From Planctomycetota bacterium (GTDB lineage Bacteria > Planctomycetota > UBA11346): DNA of 20,471 bases. Positions within the stretch are counted from its first letter, which is position 1. Each line of letters starts with the position of its first letter. A model generated the notes under the pieces. That model did not search any database. It worked only from the letters and a program-made list of their open reading frames with translations, and was not told where the DNA came from. A program made the position numbers and the translations under genes. Where the stretch lies: positions 1 through 20,471 of the forward strand of contig JBBQSO010000089.1 in assembly GCA_038213805.1 (NCBI GenBank), written 5' to 3'. Positions 14,618-20,471 of this stretch are shown one piece after another.

Positions 14618-14623
14618 CTTCCC

Positions 14624-14896
14624 ATGGCCGATGACGTCTTCATGGAGACCCTGCGCCAGATGCTCTACGTGAGCATCATCCTGTCCCTGCCTGTGCTGGG
14701 CGCGGCCCTGGTGGTCGGTCTGGTGATCGGCTTGCTGCAGGCGGTGACTTCGATCCAGGAGCAGACCCTGTCCTTCGTGCCCAAGCTCTTCGCCATCGTC
14801 GCCGTGCTGGTCATCACCGGCCCGTGGATGCTGCGCACCCTGACCGAGTACGGCGTGCTGATCTTCGGCGGTCTGCCGCGATTCGGCGCGCTGTGA
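14624..14896 (+). CDS. fliQ: Flagellar export protein FliQ
   Basis: 90 aa; LVVGLVIGLLQAVTSIQEQTLSFVPKL...GPWM. Confidence 0.97.
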   Translation: MADDVFMETLRQMLYVSIILSLPVLGAALVVGLVIGLLQAVTSIQEQTLSFVPKLFAIVAVLVITGPWMLRTLTEYGVLIFGGLPRFGAL

Positions 14897-14942
14897 CCCG
14901 CGGCGAGGAAGTCGCGTAGCTTCCAGCTTAAACAGCACCAGC

Positions 14943-14970
14943 GATCAGCCATCAGCCATCAGCCATCAGC
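14943..14970 (+). repeat. Heptamer tandem repeat (CATCAGC)x4 just upstream of fliR
   Basis: gatcagc-catcagc-catcagc-catcagc, preceded by degenerate aacagc/accagc; ends 8 nt before the fliR ATG. Confidence 0.85.
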
Positions 14971-14978
14971 ACCCGAAC

Positions 14979-15761
14979 ATGGACCTCACCCCGCTCAACG
15001 CGCTCTTCGCCATGATGCCCGCGGCGATCCTGGTGTTCGCGCGCGTGGCGGCGCTGTTCCTGGCCTCGCCGGTGATCGGCGACAATTATGCGCCGGCGAC
15101 GGTGAAGACCCTGCTGGCGATGGCGGTGACCGCGATCGTCCTGCCCGCGGCGCTCAGCCACCAGCATCCGATCGCGATGGACGGCACCTTCGTGCTGCTG
15201 CTGCTGCGCGAGACCATGGTCGGGCTGAGCCTCGGGTTCTTCCTGACCTTGTACGTGCAGGGCGTGCGCTTCGGCGCGGAACTGATCAACCGCCACGCCG
15301 GCTTCTCGGCGGCAGAGAACTTCGATCCCGACACCCAGGCTTCGGTCTCGCCGCTGGGCGACGTCATGCAGGGCCTGCTCATCCTGTTGTTCCTCGCCGG
15401 TGACGGGCACCACTTCTTCTTCGCCGCCATCGCGCGTAGCTACGACGTCGTACAGCTCGGCGGCTGGCAGCTGACCAGTGGCTTCCAGATGGCGCTCGCC
15501 GACGGTCTGCGCCAGATGTCGGTGATCGCGGTGGCGCTCAGCTTCCCGGTACTCGCGACGATCATGGCCCTGACCCTGGCCGAGGGCATCGCCACGCGCG
15601 CCGTGCCGCAGATCAACATCATGCACGTCAGCTTCGCGGTGAAGATCGTGGTTTCACTGATGGTGCTCTACACCGGTCTGCCGGCTGCGGTGGCCTTCCT
15701 CAACACCGTGCTGACGGGGATGCAGGCGGCGGGGTACGCGTTGCTGGGGGTGATGGCGTAA
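14979..15761 (+). CDS. fliR: Flagellar export protein FliR
   Basis: 260-aa multi-TM protein; LVFARV..., RETMVGLSLGF, AGFSAAENFDP, LFLAGDGHH, RAVPQINI...FAVK; follows fliQ. Confidence 0.95.
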   Translation: MDLTPLNALFAMMPAAILVFARVAALFLASPVIGDNYAPATVKTLLAMAVTAIVLPAALSHQHPIAMDGTFVLLLLRETMVGLSLGFFLTLYVQGVRFGAELINRHAGFSAAENFDPDTQASVSPLGDVMQGLLILLFLAGDGHHFFFAAIARSYDVVQLGGWQLTSGFQMALADGLRQMSVIAVALSFPVLATIMALTLAEGIATRAVPQINIMHVSFAVKIVVSLMVLYTGLPAAVAFLNTVLTGMQAAGYALLGVMA

Positions 15762-15893
15762 GCGGTTCAGGACGCACGGTTCCGCGCCCGGGGCGCGCGG
15801 CGGTGGCGATCGGGCGCTTGGACGCAGCGTGTGGTGGGTCCGGTCTCGAGCTGGGAGCGCTGCGACTCGACAGCCGCCTCGTGACGCTCGCTT

Positions 15894-16514
15894 CTATTTC
15901 TGCGCGGGCGCGGCTTCCGGCGTGGTCGTACCGGGGCGCGGCTGGGGTAGGCGCAGGGCCGGCAATTCCTTGAGCCGCTGGACGTCGACCGTGGCCGCGG
16001 GCGTGGTCGTCGCGGTCGTCGCCGGCGTGGTGGGTTGCCCCGCGATCCCAGCCTTGAGTAGGGCGTCGGCGGCGGTCTCCTTGGCTTTGAGCGCGGCGGC
16101 CTGCGCTTGGGCGGAGGCCTCAGCGGCGGCGTCCTTGGCCTTGGCGAGGGCTTGATCGGCGGCGTCCTGCGCAGCCTTGGCGGTGGCCGAATCGGCGGCA
16201 GCTTGTACAGCGGCCTGCGCGTCTGCCGCGGCCTTGTGGGCCTCGGCGGTGGCCTTGGCGAGGAGTGCCTCGGCTTCCTCCTTGGCCTTTGCCGCGGCGG
16301 CCGCGGCCTTGGCGGCAAGATCGGCTGCCGCTGCAGCTGCAGTATCGACCGCGCTGGGGGCCCCGGGAGCGGGCGCGACCGCTGCAGGAGTCGCAGTCGC
16401 ACCCGCGTCCGGCGCGGTCGCGGGTGCGGCCGGTTTCCTGCCCATGGTCAGGGCCAGCACGACGCCGGCGACCAGTGAACCCAGCAGGATGGCGATGACG
16501 ATGGACTTGGACAT
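15894..16514 (-). CDS. Membrane-anchored Ala/Lys-rich low-complexity protein (206 aa)
   Basis: ATG at 16514 after GGAG. N-terminal hydrophobic helix (SIVIAILLGSLVAGVVLAL), Pro/Ala linker, long AAAKAKEEAEA...AKAKDAAAEA helical tract, Thr/Pro tail. Confidence 0.8.
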   Translation of the reverse strand: MSKSIVIAILLGSLVAGVVLALTMGRKPAAPATAPDAGATATPAAVAPAPGAPSAVDTAAAAAADLAAKAAAAAAKAKEEAEALLAKATAEAHKAAADAQAAVQAAADSATAKAAQDAADQALAKAKDAAAEASAQAQAAALKAKETAADALLKAGIAGQPTTPATTATTTPAATVDVQRLKELPALRLPQPRPGTTTPEAAPAQK

Positions 16515-16632
16515 GGGCGGCTCCGGAGCGGAAGGGATGGTCCGCGATCCTGGCGACAGGGAAACGGATGGAAGCCCCGCCGATGCTGGCGGTCCAAGCC
16601 GGGACGAGGGGGCACGCACTGGCGAACTCGAC

Positions 16633-18969
16633 TCAACGGGGCGGTGCGCCCCTGCCCGCCAATGCCGGCGTCAGCAGCAGGCATGCCACCAGGCACGAAC
16701 CCATGCCGATGGTCAAGGTCAGGCCCACGCCGGCGAGCAGCGGGTGGTGCGCCACGATCATCGTACTGGTGCCGGCGATGGCGGTGGCGATGCAGGCGAT
16801 CACTGGTGAGACCAGGCGCGCGCGTTGCTCGCCCTGGGCAAGGAAGATCGCGCAGTCGATGCCGATGCCGCCGACGAAGGCCGCGACCAGCACCGAGAAG
16901 GGGGTCAGCTCCTCGCCCATCCAGCCGAGCAGGCCGAAGGTCCAGGCCAGCGCCACGGCCGGCGGTAGCAGCATCGCCAGGCATGGGCGCGCGCGGCGCA
17001 CCAGCAGCACCACCGCCACGGTGACGGTCAGCGCGATCAGCAGCCCGCGCCGTGCGAGATCGCTGCTCAGCACGGCGACCAGGCGCTCGGCCATGTGGAT
17101 GCGCGTCGCCACCCACACCGGTCCGGGTGCGAGTTCGGCGACGCGCGCTGGCAGGGCGATGGTCTCGGGCCGGCTCAGGCGGTCGACGGGCGAGGCGGCC
17201 TGCCAGGCGCCATCGCCGTGGTGCAGCAATCCGGCCAGCGCCAGGGTGAGCGGCGTGCCGTCCCAGTCGGCGAGGGTGAGCGGGATCGGCTCCGCCACCG
17301 GCTGGTAGCGTGCCAGGCTGGCCGCGAAGGCCGCGGGGCGCAGGCCGAGCTCGGCGCAGGCGACGGCGAGGTCGGCGCGGAAAGCATCGCCGTGCGCCGT
17401 CCAAAACGCGTTCCACGCGGCCTGGCGGCGCGCGCGCTCGTCGGCGCCGGGCATGAACTGCTCCAGGCGCGAGGGCGGCAGGGCGAGGCGCGTGCGCGCG
17501 GTGACGATGGCATCAAGCGCGGCGTCGGCCTCAGGCTGTTCGCAAACCAGGAAATTGGTCGACTCGAGCGAGCCCCAGCGTTCGAGGAAGGTGCTGAGCG
17601 CCGCGCGCGTCGCCGGCTGGCTGCCGTCCATGCGCTGGAGGTCGGAAACCATCGCCAGGCGGCCCAGGCCGGGCGCAAGCGCCAGGGTGATCAACGCGCC
17701 CAGCAGCAGGCGGCGGCGTGGGAAGCGCTCGCACCAGGCGAGCAGCGGCAGCGTCCAGCGGCGCCAGGGATCGGGGCGCGGTTTGGCCGCGACCACGCGC
17801 GGCAGCAGCCAGCGTGCCGCGAGGTAGGCGGTGGCCAGGCCGCCGAGCACCAGCACGCCGAGGCTGGCGAGCGCCGGCACCGGGCTGGTGAGCAGGCCGG
17901 CGAAGGCGCACAGCGAGACCAGCCAGCTCATCAGCAGCGGGCGGTGCACCGGCGCGGCGTCGCCGGCGCGCAGCGCGGTGGTCATCTGGATGCCGTAGTC
18001 GACGGCGACGCCGAGCAGGGTCGCGGCGAAACCGACCAGCGGCAGCGCCACCATGCCACCGCAGACGGACAACACCGCGACCGCGCCGATCAGGCTGAGC
18101 GCGGCCGGCAGATACATGGCCAGGACCCCGGTCCACGAGCGCGCCAACGACCACAGCAGCAGCGCGATCAGGGCGGCACCGAGCGGCACCGTGGTCATGC
18201 TGTCGGCGCGCAGCGCCACCGCGTTGTCGCGGAAATGGCGATAGCTGCCGACCACACTCAGCGTCACGCCGGCCGCGGCCGCGCGCGCCACCGCGGCGTC
18301 GGCGGCGGTCATCAGCGCGTCGGTGCGCCCGCTTTCGCCGGGATCGAAATCCACCTGCAGCGGCAGGAGCAGGCTGCGCCCGTCGGGATGGACGATCAGT
18401 CCGTGGTCATAGGCGGCGCCGGCGCTGATCGCCTCAAGCGCCTGCAGCGGGCGGTAGCCCAGGCCGAGCAGGTCGGCGCGCGCCGCGCTGGCGGTGAACA
18501 CGTCGTCGGGATCGGTGGCCTTCTGGCGGATGCGCGCGAGCTGGGCGCGCAGGCCCGCGGGCGCGCTGTCGGTGGCGAGTGCGGCGAGCTGCTCCGCAGT
18601 GAGAAGCACCGGCAGCTTGGCCTCGATCACCTGCACCAGGTGCGCCATCTCGGCGGCGCCCGGCTGCGGCAACGGCGTGGCGCCGCGGGGTGCGAGGTCG
18701 GCCACCAGCCGCGCGAGTTCGGGCTTGGCCGCCTCCAGCGCCACGCCCGGTGCGGTGGTGGCCTCGATGGCAAGCAGCCGGGTGGTGCCGCGCGCATCGA
18801 GGAAGCCGACCAGGCGGTTGAGCTCCGCATCGTTGGTCGGCAGCATCGCCTTCAGATCGCTGGTGAAGCGCGCGCGCGCCGCGGCCAGGCCGAGCAGTAC
18901 GAGCAGCGCGGCGCATGCGCACCAGAAGCCCCAGCCGCCACGCGGACGGCCGACCGCGCCCGGATCCAT
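16633..18969 (-). CDS. MMPL/RND-family lipid exporter (aryl-polyene-cluster type)
   Basis: About 778 aa with two repeats of (TM + large loop + several TMs); FTSDLKAMLP, LLGVAVDYG, GGIGIDCAIF. ATG at 18969 overlaps the upstream stop (TGATG). Confidence 0.88.
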   Translation of the reverse strand: MDPGAVGRPRGGWGFWCACAALLVLLGLAAARARFTSDLKAMLPTNDAELNRLVGFLDARGTTRLLAIEATTAPGVALEAAKPELARLVADLAPRGATPLPQPGAAEMAHLVQVIEAKLPVLLTAEQLAALATDSAPAGLRAQLARIRQKATDPDDVFTASAARADLLGLGYRPLQALEAISAGAAYDHGLIVHPDGRSLLLPLQVDFDPGESGRTDALMTAADAAVARAAAAGVTLSVVGSYRHFRDNAVALRADSMTTVPLGAALIALLLWSLARSWTGVLAMYLPAALSLIGAVAVLSVCGGMVALPLVGFAATLLGVAVDYGIQMTTALRAGDAAPVHRPLLMSWLVSLCAFAGLLTSPVPALASLGVLVLGGLATAYLAARWLLPRVVAAKPRPDPWRRWTLPLLAWCERFPRRRLLLGALITLALAPGLGRLAMVSDLQRMDGSQPATRAALSTFLERWGSLESTNFLVCEQPEADAALDAIVTARTRLALPPSRLEQFMPGADERARRQAAWNAFWTAHGDAFRADLAVACAELGLRPAAFAASLARYQPVAEPIPLTLADWDGTPLTLALAGLLHHGDGAWQAASPVDRLSRPETIALPARVAELAPGPVWVATRIHMAERLVAVLSSDLARRGLLIALTVTVAVVLLVRRARPCLAMLLPPAVALAWTFGLLGWMGEELTPFSVLVAAFVGGIGIDCAIFLAQGEQRARLVSPVIACIATAIAGTSTMIVAHHPLLAGVGLTLTIGMGSCLVACLLLTPALAGRGAPPR

Positions 18970-19583
18970 CACGGGCGCTCGAAGCGCGCGGTCGGGATCT
19001 CGGCCCCCGTCTGCGGCGGCGCGAAGTGGTATTCGGTGCGGTCATCGCCGTTAGCGACCAGCAGGATCGACTCGGGCGCACCCAGGTCGGGGCGGAAGCG
19101 GATCTCCAGGCGGGTCAGGTACCGCGCCAGGTCGGGGGTGCGCGGCGTCAGCACCAGGCGCGGTGTCCCATCGGTGTCAGGGGCGATGTCGAAGAGCTCC
19201 TTCATCGGCGCCCAGTCGCCGCTGAGCAGCGCGCGCATCTGCCCCGCCATCGACTGCAGACCGGGGTCGCGGCCGCTCAGCTCCTCCTTGCCTTCGGCGC
19301 CGAAGCGGCGCACGTGGTCGTGGGCGAAGAGCAGCACCGAACGTCCGGTGAATTCCCAGCGCACCGCCTGCAGCGGACGGCTGATTTCAAGCACGCCCTG
19401 CGACACCACCGGTTCGTCGAGGATGGCGAGGTGCTTTTCCTGGGTGAAGGGCACGCGCAGCGTCGTCATGCCCGCGGCGGCGGCGCGCAGGCGCTCGAGG
19501 GTGAGGGCTTCGGCGGCGGCGGCCGGGTCGGCCAGGAGCGGCGCGATGAGCGCGCAGGCGCAGAGCATGAGAAAGCACTTCAT
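18969..19583 (-). CDS. LolA-like lipoprotein/lipid carrier (aryl-polyene-cluster type)
   Basis: Signal peptide, then FTQEKHLAILDEPVVSQG...VRWE, LVLTP, NGDDRTEYHF, characteristic of LolA-fold proteins in fatty-acid/APE clusters. Confidence 0.85.
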   Translation of the reverse strand: MKCFLMLCACALIAPLLADPAAAAEALTLERLRAAAAGMTTLRVPFTQEKHLAILDEPVVSQGVLEISRPLQAVRWEFTGRSVLLFAHDHVRRFGAEGKEELSGRDPGLQSMAGQMRALLSGDWAPMKELFDIAPDTDGTPRLVLTPRTPDLARYLTRLEIRFRPDLGAPESILLVANGDDRTEYHFAPPQTGAEIPTARFERP

Positions 19584-19677
19584 GGGTCGGGAAGCTAACC
19601 ACCGGCTCCCGCGACGCCACGAATCCGGTCGGAGGTCTCGACCGGATCGGGACGAGACCGTGCGGAATGCACTGGGT

Positions 19678-20460
19678 TCACACCAGCGGCCCCAGCCACG
19701 CCTCGATGAGCGACCCGCCCTCCGCCTCGCGCAGCTGCACGGCGCGCGGATCCGTCAGATCGACCGCGCACGGCAGGCATGTCGGCCACCACGCGCCGAG
19801 CACGTCGGCCGCGCAGGGTGTTGCCGGGCCAAGCAGCGCGGCGTCCACTCGGGTCAGCGCCGTACCGGCGAGCGCGCGCACGGCTGGTCCGCGGCCGCTG
19901 CGCACCACCCGGCCCGGTCCCTCGTCACCGGCTTCGAGCAGCCATGCCGCCACGCCGCCGCCGATCGGCCAGCGTGTGCCGCTGAGGGCCGCGGTGACCG
20001 GGATGCTCCACGAGGTATGGCGATCGCCAGCGACGAGTAGCACCGCCGGAGCGCGCGCGGCGGCAAGCAGCAGCCCCGCCCAGCGCAGTGCGGCAAGCGT
20101 GGCGGTGCCGCCCTGGCTGATGGTGGTGACCGCGCCGCGCAGGCCGAGCAGCTCGCCGAGCGCGCCTGCGCAGGCGTTGTGGACCGAGGCGGTGAACGGT
20201 GTCGGGCTGGCGCCGGCGTCGCCGAATTCGCGCACGCTGGCGATGAAACGCAGGGTCGCCTCGATGCTGCCGTAGGAGGTCGCCACCACCACCGCGGTCT
20301 GCGCATCCAGGGGGGCGCAACCGGCGAGCAATCGCTCGACCGCGACGCAGGCCAGCCGGGTGAGGGGATCGACGCGCCGTCGCGCAGTCGCCGGCACCCA
20401 CGCCGGCCAGGGATCGGCGTCCGGCTGGTCGCGCACGCTGGCGTGGCGGGTCAGGCGCAT
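19678..20460 (-). CDS. Beta-ketoacyl synthase N-terminal-like / chain-length-factor protein
   Basis: ARRRVDPLTRLA, AVVVATSYGS, ASPTPFTASVHNA, TTISQGG. No Cys at the usual KS active-site position. Start uncertain because it lies 11 nt from the window edge. Confidence 0.8.
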   Translation of the reverse strand: MRLTRHASVRDQPDADPWPAWVPATARRRVDPLTRLACVAVERLLAGCAPLDAQTAVVVATSYGSIEATLRFIASVREFGDAGASPTPFTASVHNACAGALGELLGLRGAVTTISQGGTATLAALRWAGLLLAAARAPAVLLVAGDRHTSWSIPVTAALSGTRWPIGGGVAAWLLEAGDEGPGRVVRSGRGPAVRALAGTALTRVDAALLGPATPCAADVLGAWWPTCLPCAVDLTDPRAVQLREAEGGSLIEAWLGPLV

Positions 20461-20471
20461 CGCGCAGCCCC

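Noticed and set aside
14452..14634. 60-aa ORF spanning the fliP-fliQ spacer as a real gene
   Set aside because: Its 3' half is translated repeat (TSGLPDFRTFG). Only the loop portion is kept, as a possible remnant.
12903..15761. Non-flagellar (injectisome) T3SS export genes sctRST
   Set aside because: Presence of FliO and a FliP with an N-terminal signal-like extension indicates the flagellar type.
15762..15893. Intrinsic terminator between fliR and the Ala-rich gene
   Set aside because: Only short GC pairings (gcgcccg/cgggcgc) and no U-tract; not distinguishable from chance.
17095..20040. 981-aa plus-strand ORF
   Set aside because: Antisense shadow of the MMPL, LolA and CLF genes; Arg/Gly/Ala-rich with no motifs, as expected in high-GC DNA.
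20451..20471. 3' end of an upstream minus-strand gene (…GCT GCG CGA TGC GCC TGA) overlapping the CLF start
   Set aside because: Plausible for a coupled ketosynthase, but only about 7 codons are visible, which is too little to support.

Overview
High-GC bacterial chromosomal window. A Planctomycetota/PVC-type origin is inferred from the DWG-type Hanks kinase with 21-aa LRRs, lpxB and flagellar export genes. Left to right: the 5' part of rsgA (-, absent from the ORF track), a lipoprotein (-), an FHA-kinase-TM Ser/Thr kinase (-), a stand-alone lpxB (+), a 394-aa unassigned protein (-), a Zn-ribbon/kinase/TM/TPR/LRR receptor-like kinase (-), a 74-aa ORF (-), an aldo/keto reductase (+), an HDOD protein with a small partner behind a sigma-54-type promoter (-), fliO-fliP-fliQ-fliR (+) without flhB, an Ala-rich membrane-anchored protein (-), and the end of an aryl-polyene-like lipid cluster (CLF-like KS, LolA-like, MMPL; -). 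No rRNA, tRNA, CRISPR or transposase was seen. The most unusual signals are intergenic cassettes of inverted 7-8-nt tandem repeats, divergent sigma-54-like promoters around a central palindrome, the LRR receptor-like kinase with its unassigned neighbour, and G-quadruplex-type tracts upstream of both of those genes. All calls come from reading the sequence by eye; no searches were run.
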